Notes: generated by a model not told the origin, from the sequence alone. A DNA stretch of 64,000 nt from Usitatibacter sp. (GCA_039915735.1 JBDSMR010000123.1:61-64060); one strand, 5' to 3'; counted from the first letter of the stretch, positions 8,113-19,544 are shown. Program-made: numbers and translations.

Positions 8113-9383
8113 CGCGTGCCCTGTACGCGCTGATCTGGTTGCTGGCCACACCTCTTGTCGTCGCGCGGCTCTGGCTGCGCTCGCGCAAGTTGCCCGGTTA
8201 TGCCGAGCGTATCGGCGAGCGCTTCGGCCACTACGATCCGGTACCCGATGCGCCGCGCATCTGGATCCATGCGGTCTCCGTGGGCGAGACACGCGCCGCG
8301 GCGCCGCTGGTCGAGGCGCTATCACGCAGCTATCCCGCGCATCGCATCCTCGTCACGCACATGACACCAACAGGACGCGCGACCGGCGAGGAGGTATTCG
8401 GCGATCGCGTGGAACGCGCATGGCTGCCCTACGACCAGGGCTTCGCGGTGCGCGGATTCCTGCGCCACTTCAAGCCGGATTTCGGCATCGTGCTGGAGAC
8501 GGAGCTCTGGCCGCGACTGCTGCAGGAGTGCCGCGCGCGGCACGTGCCGGTGATGCTTGCGAACGCGCGTCTTTCGGAGCGCTCGGCGCGGCGCTACGCG
8601 CGTTTTCCTTCGATCGCGCGCTGGGCGCTCAGGAACCTCGACGGCATTGCTGCGCAGACGCCTGCGGACGCCGCGCGCTTCGAGGCGTTGGGCGCGCACC
8701 ACGTGGCGGTCAACGGCAACGTGAAGTTCGACCTCGCGGTTCCCGCTGAAACCTTCGAGCGCGGCGCGGAGTTTCGCCGGCGCTTCGGCGCCACGCGCAA
8801 CATCTGGGTAGCGGGCAGCACACGCGAAGGCGAGGAGGCGCTGCTGCTCGACGCCCTCGCCGCCAATCCGCCGCCGCCCGAAGTGCTGCTGGTAATTGTG
8901 CCGCGCCATCCGCAGCGCTTCGACGAAGTCGCCCAGATCGCCGCATCACGCGGGTTCGCGGTCGCTCGCCGCAGCACCAACATGCATGTGGATCCCGCGG
9001 TGCGCGTGCTGGTCGGCGATTCGATGGGCGAGATGCTGGCCTACTATGCCGCGGCGGACGTCGTGATCATGGGCGGCAGCCTGCTCGAATACGGCAGCCA
9101 GAACCTGATCGAGCCGTGCGCGCTCGGCAAGCCGGTGATCGTGGGGCCGCATACCTTCAACTTCGAACAGGCGGCACAAGGCGCAATCGACGCGGGTGGC
9201 GCGCTGCGCGTCGGGGATGCACGTGATGCGCTGGTGCAGGCGGGTGCGATCCAGCGCGACGGCGGGCGCAGGACCGCCATGGGAGAGAAGGGACTGGCTT
9301 TTGTTGCCGCGCACCGCGGCGCCGTCGAACGCCTGGTGCGCTGGATCGGCGAAACCGTCAGCCGCGCGAAAGCGAGCGGCTGA
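8109..9383 (+). CDS. waaA: 3-deoxy-D-manno-octulosonic acid (Kdo) transferase
   Basis: ATG 8109 overlaps the waaC stop (ATGA). MTRALYALIWLLATPLVV...IWIHAVSVGETRAA is the typical KdtA N-terminus. Confidence 0.9.
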   Translation: MTRALYALIWLLATPLVVARLWLRSRKLPGYAERIGERFGHYDPVPDAPRIWIHAVSVGETRAAAPLVEALSRSYPAHRILVTHMTPTGRATGEEVFGDRVERAWLPYDQGFAVRGFLRHFKPDFGIVLETELWPRLLQECRARHVPVMLANARLSERSARRYARFPSIARWALRNLDGIAAQTPADAARFEALGAHHVAVNGNVKFDLAVPAETFERGAEFRRRFGATRNIWVAGSTREGEEALLLDALAANPPPPEVLLVIVPRHPQRFDEVAQIAASRGFAVARRSTNMHVDPAVRVLVGDSMGEMLAYYAAADVVIMGGSLLEYGSQNLIEPCALGKPVIVGPHTFNFEQAAQGAIDAGGALRVGDARDALVQAGAIQRDGGRRTAMGEKGLAFVAAHRGAVERLVRWIGETVSRAKASG

Positions 9384-10671
9384 CTTCCTCGACGTCGGTT
9401 TCGGTCAACTGACCGGCGGCAGCCTTCAGGCGAAGCGTGTTCAGCAGGTAGTTGTAGCGCGCCTGTTGCAGGTCACGGCGGGTCTGGAACACTGCCTGCT
9501 GGGCGTTGAGCACATCGACGCTGGTGCGCACACCGACGTCGCGGCCGAGGATGGTTGAATCGAGCTGGCTCTGGGTGGAGACCTGCGCCTGCTCCAGCGC
9601 GCGCACCAGCGCGATGCCCGATGTCACGTTGAGGTAGCTGCTGCGCACCGACTGCGCGACGTTGCGTTGCGCGTTCTCGAGGTCCTGCTCGGCACGATCG
9701 CGCAGCGCGACAGCTTCGCGCACTCGCGATTGCACCAGGCCGCCGGTGAAGATCGGGATGGACAACGTGAGGCCGATACTGCCGACGCGACTCACGGGGC
9801 TGATGGGCGGCACCGTGGAGCCGGGATCGTCGATGCGGGCCACGCTGCCGGACAGATCGACGGTGGGCAGGTGGCCGGCGCGCTGGCGCGCTACTTCCTG
9901 CTGCGCGATGTCGAGGTTGGCCTTGGCGACGGCGACGGTAAAGCTTGAATCGGCGGCGGTCTTGACCCACGCCTCGATGTCGTTGGGTGTGGGCGGAGCC
10001 AGCGTGAGCGGCTCCTTCAGCGGCGTGAGGCCTTCGGGCACCTTGCCGAGCAGCACCTGCAGCGCGCGCACCTTCACTTCCAGGTCGTTCTTGTCGGCGA
10101 TGGCCTTCGCCACCGCCGTGTCGTAGCGCGCCTGGGCGTCGAGCGTGTCGACGATGGTGGCGGTGCCGACCTCGAAATTGCGCTTGGCCTGCGCCAGCTG
10201 CTGGTCGATGGCGGTTTTCTGCGTCTCCGAGAGCGCCACGTTGTCGCGCGCGAGGAGCACGTCGAAATAAGCCTGCGAGACGCGCAGCGCCAGGTCCTGC
10301 AGCGAGGAGGCGAGCACCGATTCAGCCTGCAGCACCAGGTTGTGAGCCTGGTCGATGGCGATCCAGTTCTGCAGGCGGAAGACCGGCTGCGACAACGTGA
10401 CGCCGATGGTCTTGGTGCTGTAGTCGCGATCGGCGATGCCGTCGCGCTCGCCGTGGTTGCGGAAGATCGAGGCGGTCGCGGCCAGCTGCGGCAGGTAGCC
10501 GGAACGCGCCTGGGGCAGCCGCTCGGTGGTGGCCTGGTACTGCGCACGGGCGGCCTGGTAGACCGGGTCGCTCACGCGCGCGTCCTTGTAGACGGCGGCG
10601 AGGTCGGCGCTGCAGGCGCTGCCCGCGGCGAAGGTGGCAGCGAGCGCTAGGGCGAGTCGGGTGAATTTCAT
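9358..10671 (-). CDS. tolC: TolC-family outer membrane channel
   Basis: A signal peptide MKFTRLALALAATFAAGSACSA is followed by DLAAVYKDARVSDPVYQAARAQY...LPQL, like the mature N-terminus of E. coli TolC. The protein has a two-repeat OEP architecture. Confidence 0.85.
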   Translation of the reverse strand: MKFTRLALALAATFAAGSACSADLAAVYKDARVSDPVYQAARAQYQATTERLPQARSGYLPQLAATASIFRNHGERDGIADRDYSTKTIGVTLSQPVFRLQNWIAIDQAHNLVLQAESVLASSLQDLALRVSQAYFDVLLARDNVALSETQKTAIDQQLAQAKRNFEVGTATIVDTLDAQARYDTAVAKAIADKNDLEVKVRALQVLLGKVPEGLTPLKEPLTLAPPTPNDIEAWVKTAADSSFTVAVAKANLDIAQQEVARQRAGHLPTVDLSGSVARIDDPGSTVPPISPVSRVGSIGLTLSIPIFTGGLVQSRVREAVALRDRAEQDLENAQRNVAQSVRSSYLNVTSGIALVRALEQAQVSTQSQLDSTILGRDVGVRTSVDVLNAQQAVFQTRRDLQQARYNYLLNTLRLKAAAGQLTETDVEEVSRSLSRG

Positions 10672-10750
10672 CGAAGGTTTTTCCGTAGTCTGGGGACGCC
10701 TGGGGGCGGTCCGTTTGCTTATGACGCGGCGCGGGGCCCGGGTGGATTCG

Positions 10751-11404
10751 CTAGAAGCGGAAACGCGGGGGCTGCGCGGCGTTCACCAGTGGCTTGAGCA
10801 TCGTCTCGAAGATTTCGACCTGCTGGAAGGAACCGGTCGCCGGCTGCTGCACCAGCACCGCCTTCATCACCGGTCGGTCGCCAATCACGGCGAAGAGCCT
10901 GCCGCCCGTCGCCAGCCGGTCGAGGAATGCCGGCGGCAGGATGGGCGTGGAGCCCGTGAGCACGATCACGTCGAAGGCCGACTCCGCCAGCGGGCGCTGG
11001 GCGCTGTCGCCCTCCAGCAGGGTCACGTTGGCGATGCCCGCGGTTCGCAGGTTTCCCCCCGCCTGGGCGCGCAGCGCCGGATTGATCTCCGCGCTGGTGA
11101 CGTGGCGGGCGCGGCGCGCCAGCAGCGCCGTGAGGTATCCGGAGCCGGTGCCGACTTCGTAGACGGTCTCGTGAGGCTGGATGGCGAGCTCCTGGACGAT
11201 GCGCGCCTCGACCTTGGGCTGCATCATCGCCTCGCCATGGCCCAGCGGGACCTCGAGGTCGGCGAAAGCGAGGCTGGCGTATTCGGCCGGCACGAAGTTC
11301 TCGCGCTTCACCTCGAAAAGCAACTCGAGCACGGCCGGATCCAGCACCTCCCAGGTGCGGATCTGCTGCTCGATCATGTTGAAGCGGGCTTGCTCGATAT
11401 TCAT
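10751..11404 (-). CDS. Protein-L-isoaspartate O-methyltransferase-like SAM-dependent methyltransferase
   Basis: The internal ATG at 11404 gives MNIEQARFNMIEQQIRTWEV. The SAM motif is VYEVGTGSGYLTALLA. The position next to tolC is a common synteny. Confidence 0.8.
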   Translation of the reverse strand: MNIEQARFNMIEQQIRTWEVLDPAVLELLFEVKRENFVPAEYASLAFADLEVPLGHGEAMMQPKVEARIVQELAIQPHETVYEVGTGSGYLTALLARRARHVTSAEINPALRAQAGGNLRTAGIANVTLLEGDSAQRPLAESAFDVIVLTGSTPILPPAFLDRLATGGRLFAVIGDRPVMKAVLVQQPATGSFQQVEIFETMLKPLVNAAQPPRFRF

Positions 11405-11475
11405 GGCGCCTTGGCGTGCCGCGGGGGCACTGGCGGATAAGGGCGAATTGTAGCAAAGGGGACCCCTGCCGACGC

Positions 11476-12603
11476 TCAGTCGAGGGTGCGCTGGTAGCGC
11501 ACGAGGGCGGCGGCCGAAACCACCAGCAGGAAGAGGGCGAGCGGCCAGATGCTGTGTGCGATCTCCGGTGCGGTGCTGCCCTTGAGCATGATGCCGCGCA
11601 CGATGCGCAGGAAATGGGTCAGCGGGAACACTTCCCCCAGCGCACGCGCCCACGCCGGCATGCCGCGGAACGGGAACATGAACCCGGAAAGCATCAGCGA
11701 GGGGAGGAAGAAGAACATCGTCATCTGCATCGCCTGCATCTGGCTCCTGGCGATGGTCGAGAAGGTGAAGCCGATGGCGAGGTTGGCCGCGATGAAGAGC
11801 ACCAGCACGGTCGAGAGCAGCACCAGGCTGCCCACCATCGGCACGTCGAACAGGAACCTGGCCGCCGTGAGGATGACGATGACCTGCACGTAGCCCACGG
11901 CGATGTACGGCACGATCTTGCCGAGCATCACCTCGAGCGGGCGCACCGGCGTGGCGAGCAGGTTCTCCATGGTGCCGCGCTCGCGCTCCCGCGTCATCGC
12001 GATGGAAGTCATCATCACCAGCGTCATGGTCAGCACCACACCCATCAGGCCGGGGACGATGTTGTACTGCGTGATGCCCTCCGGGTTGTAGCGGCGGTGG
12101 ATACGAATCTCGAACGGTGGCGGGCCTGCTTTGCGGGAGGCGAGCGCGCCCGTGAGGTCGTGATCCAGCCCGGTGATGCTGATCTGCTGCAGCGCCGCGA
12201 TCGCATTGCTGGTGGCGGCCGGGTCGGTGGCGTCGGCCTCCACCAGGACGATCGCCTTCTCGCCGCGCTGGATCTTGCGGGAGAAGTCTTCCGGCACCTG
12301 CAGCACGAATTGCACCTCGCCGAGCGCAAGGAGCTCACCGGCTTCGTCGACGGTCGCGGGCTGCGCGACAATCCTGAAGTAGCCGCTGTTCTCCAGCGCA
12401 CGCACCAGCGAGCGCGAGAACGGGCTCTGGTCGGCGCTCACCACCGCGACGGGCAACGCCTTGGGGTCCATGTTGATGGCGTAGCCGAAGAGCACCAGCT
12501 GCATGATCGGCACGCCGATCATCATCGCGAAGGTGAGGCGGTCGCGGCGCATCTGCACGAATTCCTTCATCAGCACGGCGAGGAAGCGATGGAAGTTGAA
12601 CAT
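11476..12603 (-). CDS. ABC-2 type transporter permease
   Basis: One N-terminal TM segment and a large periplasmic loop are followed by 5 C-terminal TM segments (YhhJ/YbhR-like). A 1-nt gap separates it from the upstream ATPase gene. Confidence 0.85.
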   Translation of the reverse strand: MFNFHRFLAVLMKEFVQMRRDRLTFAMMIGVPIMQLVLFGYAINMDPKALPVAVVSADQSPFSRSLVRALENSGYFRIVAQPATVDEAGELLALGEVQFVLQVPEDFSRKIQRGEKAIVLVEADATDPAATSNAIAALQQISITGLDHDLTGALASRKAGPPPFEIRIHRRYNPEGITQYNIVPGLMGVVLTMTLVMMTSIAMTRERERGTMENLLATPVRPLEVMLGKIVPYIAVGYVQVIVILTAARFLFDVPMVGSLVLLSTVLVLFIAANLAIGFTFSTIARSQMQAMQMTMFFFLPSLMLSGFMFPFRGMPAWARALGEVFPLTHFLRIVRGIMLKGSTAPEIAHSIWPLALFLLVVSAAALVRYQRTLD

Positions 12604-12604
12604 G

Positions 12605-13588
12605 TCAGTGCGCCGCGGGTTTGTCGCTGGCCCGGGCGGCGGTACCGAGGTCGCGCATCAGGTGGATGAAGACGTCTTCGAGGCCGGCGTCCACTTCGGT
12701 GACCTTGAGGCCTTCGCGCTTGGCGTAGGGCTGCAGCAGTTTCTCGAGCACCGCGCGGTCGGTGCCGCTCACGTGCAGCGCGTTGCCGAAGGGCGCCACC
12801 ATCTCCGCGCCAGGCTTGCCGCGCAGATCGTTGGCGACCTCCATGATGTCGGCGCCCTCGAGCTCCCAGGTGGACAGGCCCGCCTTCGCGATCACCTCGC
12901 GGATGGTGCCGTGGGCGAGCAGCTTGCCGTAGGCGATATAGGCGAGCGCGTGGCAGCGCTCCGCCTCGTCCATGTAGTGCGTGCTCACGAGGACGGTGAT
13001 GCCCTTGTGCGCGAGTTGGTGGATGTGGTCCCAGAAATCGCGGCGCGCCCCGGGATCAACGCCGGCGGTGGGCTCGTCGAGCAGCAGCAACCGGGGCTCG
13101 TGGATCAGGCAGGCGGCGAGCGCAAGGCGCTGCTTCCATCCACCCGACAGAGTCCCGGCAAGCTGCTTGCGGCGCGAGGTGAGGCCGAGGTCGTCGAGCG
13201 CGGCGGCCACGCGTCGCTTGCGGTCGGGCACCTCGTACATGCGCACGACGAAGTCGAGGTTCTCCTCGATCGAGAGGTCCTCGTAGAGGCTGAACTTCTG
13301 CGTCATGTAGCCGACCTGGCGCTTGATCTTCTCGGCATCCTTGGCGATGTCCAGTCCGAGCACGATGCCGTGGCCTTCGTCCGGTGTGAGCAGGCCGCAG
13401 ATCATGCGGATCGTGGTCGTCTTGCCGCTGCCGTTGGGCCCGAGGAAGCCGTAGATCGCGCCTTTCGGCACCTGCATCGAGAAGTGGTCGACGGCGGTCT
13501 TGTCGCCGAAGCGCTTGGTGAGGCCCTCGACGTCGATCGCCAGTTCCTCCCGCTCCGCTGGGCGAGGGCCAGGTTGGGGGTGGCTCAT
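12605..13588 (-). CDS. ABC transporter ATP-binding protein
   Basis: The internal ATG at 13588 overlaps the HlyD stop. Walker A is GPNGSGKTT, the signature LSGGWKQR and Walker B LLLLDEPT. Confidence 0.9.
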   Translation of the reverse strand: MSHPQPGPRPAEREELAIDVEGLTKRFGDKTAVDHFSMQVPKGAIYGFLGPNGSGKTTTIRMICGLLTPDEGHGIVLGLDIAKDAEKIKRQVGYMTQKFSLYEDLSIEENLDFVVRMYEVPDRKRRVAAALDDLGLTSRRKQLAGTLSGGWKQRLALAACLIHEPRLLLLDEPTAGVDPGARRDFWDHIHQLAHKGITVLVSTHYMDEAERCHALAYIAYGKLLAHGTIREVIAKAGLSTWELEGADIMEVANDLRGKPGAEMVAPFGNALHVSGTDRAVLEKLLQPYAKREGLKVTEVDAGLEDVFIHLMRDLGTAARASDKPAAH

Positions 13589-14532
13589 CGGAGCGTCACG
13601 TCCACCGGCTGGCCCGGGTGCAGCCTGGCGCCGTCCGCGGCTTCGGGTTTCGCCTCGACCATGAAGACCAGCTTGGCACGGCTGTCCTTGCTGTAGATCA
13701 CGGGCGGGGTGAATTCGGCCTGCGGAGCGATGAAGGAGATGGTCGCCGCGATCACCGCCGGGCATCCGTCGCAGGCGAGGCTCACTTTCTGGCCGACCTT
13801 GATGGCGCCCAGCTTTGGCTCCGGCACGAAGAATCGCACCTTGATGTTCGAAGGCGGCAGCACCGAGACCACCGGCGCGCCCGCGGGCACCCATTCGCCA
13901 CGCGCGAAAAGGGTGTCGGCGACGGCTCCATCAACGGTGGAGGCGACGGTTTTCTGGCGCAGCTTCCAGTCGGCCTGCGCGAGCGATTGCCGGGCTGCCG
14001 CGACTTCCGCTTCGGCAGCGCGGACTTCATCGGGGCGGGCGCCGGCGCGTACCGTGCCGAGGTCGGCATTGAGCTGCGCCACCTTGTTGCGATCCGCATC
14101 GCGCGCCGCGCGCGCTTCGTCGGCGCGCTGCTGGCTCACGAATCCCTTCTGCACCAGGTCGAGCTGCCGCGCGTATTCCTTTTCCGAGAGGCTCGCGGCC
14201 ACCTGCACCTGTGCGAGTGCCGCCTGCGAAGACTGGATCTCGGTCGGGCGGCGGCCGCGGCGCAGGTCATCCACCTGGGCCTGGGCGCGCTTCACACGTT
14301 CCTCGGCTTCGCGGCGCGCTGCGTCTTCGTTCTCCGCCTCGAGCGCGAACAGCGGCGCACCCGCGGCGACTTGCTGGCCACGCTGCACGTCGAGCTGCAG
14401 CAACGTGCCGGCGAAAGGCGCAGCGACGCGGACGTATTCGCCTTCGACATAACCCTGCAGGCCGGGCGGCGGCTTGTCGCCGCACGCGGCAAGCACGATG
14501 GCGAAGGCAAGCAGCACGAGTGTCCTGTTCAT
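13585..14532 (-). CDS. HlyD-family membrane fusion (periplasmic adaptor) lipoprotein
   Basis: The internal ATG at 14532 gives MNRTLVLLAFAIVLAACG (lipobox). The protein has a long Ala/Arg/Glu coiled-coil and a beta-barrel C-terminus. The start overlaps the TetR stop. Confidence 0.85.
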   Translation of the reverse strand: MNRTLVLLAFAIVLAACGDKPPPGLQGYVEGEYVRVAAPFAGTLLQLDVQRGQQVAAGAPLFALEAENEDAARREAEERVKRAQAQVDDLRRGRRPTEIQSSQAALAQVQVAASLSEKEYARQLDLVQKGFVSQQRADEARAARDADRNKVAQLNADLGTVRAGARPDEVRAAEAEVAAARQSLAQADWKLRQKTVASTVDGAVADTLFARGEWVPAGAPVVSVLPPSNIKVRFFVPEPKLGAIKVGQKVSLACDGCPAVIAATISFIAPQAEFTPPVIYSKDSRAKLVFMVEAKPEAADGARLHPGQPVDVTLR

Positions 14533-15212
14533 TTTGACCTGCCTTTGGATGCCCGCTTGCGCACCGGTGTATTCACGGACGCGGAAGGAAGCGTGATGGC
14601 CGAGAGCAGCAGCTCGATGCGCTGGTCGAGGGCCGTGTCGGAGAGCAGCGTTTCGTACAGCATCCTGGAGCCCGCCTCGTCCAGCGCGCCGCTCTGGATG
14701 GCCGCGCCGCCGACGAGGATCGGCATCGCCAGGCCGCCGGCGCAGATACCCAAGGCCTGGGTCGCCGGCATTGGCTTGAGCAATCCGTCCTGCTGCGCGG
14801 CCCTGATCAGGTTGAGGATCAGGCCGAGGTGGCGCGGGAAGTTGTTGCGCGCGAATTCGACCGCGATCGGCTCGTTGCTGACCGCGTCGCCGAGGATGCG
14901 CGACAGGACATCGCGGTTGTTGCGCACGAATCGGCCCATGAATTTCATCGCGCCGCGCAGGGCTTCCAGCGCGCCCAGCTTCGAATCCGCTTCGTAGCTG
15001 AGCTGCGAGTACATCTCCTCGTACATGTTCTGCAGGAGCGCGCGCAGGAACGCCTCGCGGCTCTTGAAGTGGTAGTGAAACATGCCGAGGTTCACGCCAG
15101 CCGCTTCCGCGACCTCCCGGATGGACAGGCCCGCGCAACCGCGGATCGGAAGAAGCTCGCGTCCGGCGGCGAGCAGGGCGCGATCGAGGTTTCGGGAAGG
15201 ACGTGGGGGCAT
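14529..15212 (-). CDS. TetR-family transcriptional regulator, first gene of the efflux operon
   Basis: The N-terminal HTH is LSIREVAEAAGVNLGMFHYHFKSREAFL. Confidence 0.9.
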   Translation of the reverse strand: MPPRPSRNLDRALLAAGRELLPIRGCAGLSIREVAEAAGVNLGMFHYHFKSREAFLRALLQNMYEEMYSQLSYEADSKLGALEALRGAMKFMGRFVRNNRDVLSRILGDAVSNEPIAVEFARNNFPRHLGLILNLIRAAQQDGLLKPMPATQALGICAGGLAMPILVGGAAIQSGALDEAGSRMLYETLLSDTALDQRIELLLSAITLPSASVNTPVRKRASKGRSK

Positions 15213-15222
15213 GATCGGCGTA

Positions 15223-15251
15223 ACTATACGATTGTATAATTAACGCGTCAA
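15223..15251 (-). promoter_or_regulatory. Sigma-70-type promoter with an overlapping palindromic operator for the TetR-efflux operon
   Basis: The minus strand reads TTGACG (15251-15246), a 17-nt spacer, then TATAGT (15228-15223), with only 10 nt to the ATG at 15212. The inverted repeat TATAC-gatt-GTATA (15225-15238) overlaps the spacer and the -10 element. Confidence 0.55.
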
Positions 15252-15268
15252 GCGGTTAAACTGGACCC

Positions 15269-17125
15269 ATGCCCGAAGAAGCTCCCGACATCGCCGCGCT
15301 GCGCGCGGCAGTGGCCGCCGATCCCTACGCCAGCGCACCGTACAAGAACCTCGCGGTGCTGCTGTGCCAGTCAGGGAAGCTGCAGGAAGCGCGCGACGTG
15401 CTCGCCCGCGCGGTGGAACTGCTGCCCGCGAACGCGTCCCTGTGGTCGCGATTGGCGCGCGTGCAGGCCGATACCGGCGATGCCGTCGCGTCGATGTCGA
15501 GCCTGCAGCGCACCGAAGCCCTCGCGCCAACCGATGCGCCCACATGGCAGCTGGTCGGCAGCCTGCATGCGGAGTCCGGGCGCTGGGCGCAGGCGCAACG
15601 CGCGCTCGAAGCCGCGGCGGCGCTCGATCCCGGCAGTGCGGCAATCGAAATGATCCTCGCCCGTGCGAACCAGGAGTTGGGAGATGTCGCCAGCGCCCTT
15701 GAGGGCCTGGAGCGTGCCGCCCATCGCGATCCCGGCAACCTCGGCCTCGCCGTCAGGCAAGGGCTGATGCTGCCGCAGATCTACGAAGGCCACGAAGACC
15801 TGCGGGACTGGCGCAAGCGTTACACGCAGGGATTGGGTGAGCTCACGGCCGGCATCAATGGATTCGCGCAGCGCGCTGCCGAAGTTCTGGAACTCGGGCA
15901 GCACAATTTCCTGCTCGCCTACCAGGGCGAGGACGACCTCGAGTTGCAGCGCGGATATTCGCGTTTCCTGGCCGCGCTCGCCGCACGCGTGAAACCGGAG
16001 TGGCAACACACTCGCGCACCCGATTTCGATGGCGGGCGCCGGCTGCGCGTGGGTTTCCCCGGGAACATCTTTCGCGACTGCACCGCGGGACGTTACTTCG
16101 AGCGCTGGATCACGGCGCTCGATCCGGCGCGTTTCGAGCGCTTCGTCTACCACACGGCTCCCGTGATGGACGCAGTCACGCGCCGCATCGCGGCCGGGTG
16201 CGAGCACTTCGTCGTCTGCCGCAGCGGCAATGTCGACACCATCGCGCGCATCGCCGCCGACCGGCTCGATGTGCTGGTGCAACCCGATGTCGGGATGACG
16301 CCGCTCTCCTACCTGCTCTCGGCGGTGCGCGTGGCGCCCGTCCAGCTCGCGGGCTGGGGACACCCGGTAACCACGGGCAGCAACAACATCGACGGCTACC
16401 TCACCTGCGGCGCGATGGAGCCCGCGGATGCGCAGGCGCACTACGTGGAGAAGCTGCTGATGCTGCCCGGCCTGGGCGTCGACTACGCGATGCCCGCGCC
16501 CGTCACGCCGCTGCCGCGCTCCGCGCTCGGCTTGCCGGAGGGCAAGCGCCTGTACGTCTGCGCGCAATCGCTCTTCAAGGTGCATCCCGACATGGACAAC
16601 CTCCTCGCGCGCATCGTCGCCGGGGACGAAGGCGCCTTGCTGCTGTTTTTCCAGGCGCCCGCGCGCACGGTCACGGAACAGTTCGGCGACCGGGTGCAAC
16701 ACGCTTTCGAGGCGCACGGCATCCAGCCCGAAGGCCAGCTCAAGTTCCTGCCGCGCATGGACGCGGTGAACTTCCGCCGCCTGCTCGCCGCCGCCGACGT
16801 CGTGATCGACACGGTCCACTGGTCGGGCGGCAACACCAGCCTCGACGCATTGTCCGTGGGCACGCCGGTGGTGACCTGGCCCGGGCGCTTCATGCGCGGG
16901 CGCCAGACGGCGGCGATGCTCACGATGATGGGGCTGGAGGAGCTGATCGCCACCGATGCCGACTCGTACGTTCGGCTCGCGATCGGCGTGGCGAGCGATC
17001 GCGAGCGCAACCGCGCGTTGCGCGAGGCGATCGCGGCGCGGCGCGACGCGCTCTTCGGTCGACCGGAGCCGCTTGCCGCCCTTTCCGCGACGCTGCTGGC
17101 GCTGGGGGCGGGCAGCCGACCTTGA
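15269..17125 (+). CDS. TPR-repeat protein with a C-terminal GT41 (O-GlcNAc transferase/SPINDLY-like) glycosyltransferase domain
   Basis: The N-terminal ~170 aa have Ala/Leu-rich TPR periodicity. The C-terminal half contains VHWSGGNTSLDALSVGTPVVTWPGRFMRGRQTAAML, as in bacterial OGT homologues. Confidence 0.75.
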   Translation: MPEEAPDIAALRAAVAADPYASAPYKNLAVLLCQSGKLQEARDVLARAVELLPANASLWSRLARVQADTGDAVASMSSLQRTEALAPTDAPTWQLVGSLHAESGRWAQAQRALEAAAALDPGSAAIEMILARANQELGDVASALEGLERAAHRDPGNLGLAVRQGLMLPQIYEGHEDLRDWRKRYTQGLGELTAGINGFAQRAAEVLELGQHNFLLAYQGEDDLELQRGYSRFLAALAARVKPEWQHTRAPDFDGGRRLRVGFPGNIFRDCTAGRYFERWITALDPARFERFVYHTAPVMDAVTRRIAAGCEHFVVCRSGNVDTIARIAADRLDVLVQPDVGMTPLSYLLSAVRVAPVQLAGWGHPVTTGSNNIDGYLTCGAMEPADAQAHYVEKLLMLPGLGVDYAMPAPVTPLPRSALGLPEGKRLYVCAQSLFKVHPDMDNLLARIVAGDEGALLLFFQAPARTVTEQFGDRVQHAFEAHGIQPEGQLKFLPRMDAVNFRRLLAAADVVIDTVHWSGGNTSLDALSVGTPVVTWPGRFMRGRQTAAMLTMMGLEELIATDADSYVRLAIGVASDRERNRALREAIAARRDALFGRPEPLAALSATLLALGAGSRP

Positions 17126-17165
17126 TCAAGGCGCCCCGCGCCCCCATTGATATACTGATAGCTGA

Positions 17166-19209
<2,044 letters not shown>

Positions 19210-19222
19210 GCGGAGGAGCGCG

Positions 19223-19544
19223 ATGGAGCTTTACGCTCCGCTGGCTGCGTTGGCGCCGCTGGAGGCGGCACCGGCATCGAGTGTGGGTCCCTCGCGCCTG
19301 CCGCACCTGGTCGCGCTCGCCTGGCACCTGGGCCAGCGCGACACCCCTCGGGCCGAAAGCCTCGCATCTGAAGCGCAATCGCTGCTGAACGCCGGCGTCG
19401 CGGGTGACGCCCAACTGCGCGCGCGCCTTGCGATCGCGCGAGGAACAGGCCGACGCCGGGCTCGCCGGGCTGATGCGCGACGCCGATGCGGCCCTCTACG
19501 AAGCCAAGGGCCGCGGGCGCAACCGGGTCCATCCCGCGCCTTAG
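19223..19544 (+). pseudogene. Remnant of a TPR-GGDEF diguanylate cyclase gene with an internal deletion and frameshift
   Basis: The frame from 19223 encodes ~74 aa (MELYAPL...LVALAWHLGQRDTPRAESLASEAQSLL...). The +1 frame from about 19440 reads EEQADAGLAGLMRDADAALYEAKGRGRNRVHPAP*, the extreme C-terminus of a GGDEF domain. The GGDEF core itself is absent. Confidence 0.55.

Noticed and set aside
15371-16819. Long antisense ORFs opposite annotated genes. Examples are 15371-16819(-), 17368-19065(-), 12503-13696(+), 41960-42844(-), 44770-45966(-), 48982-50130(-), 50191-51855(-) and 54278-55486(-).
   Set aside because: Each is opposite a gene with strong family motifs (GT41, ThiC, ABC ATPase, PilM, PilQ, the SBP, permeases, FGase). 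Each has an Arg/His/Gly/Asp-rich composition typical of antisense frames in GC-rich DNA.
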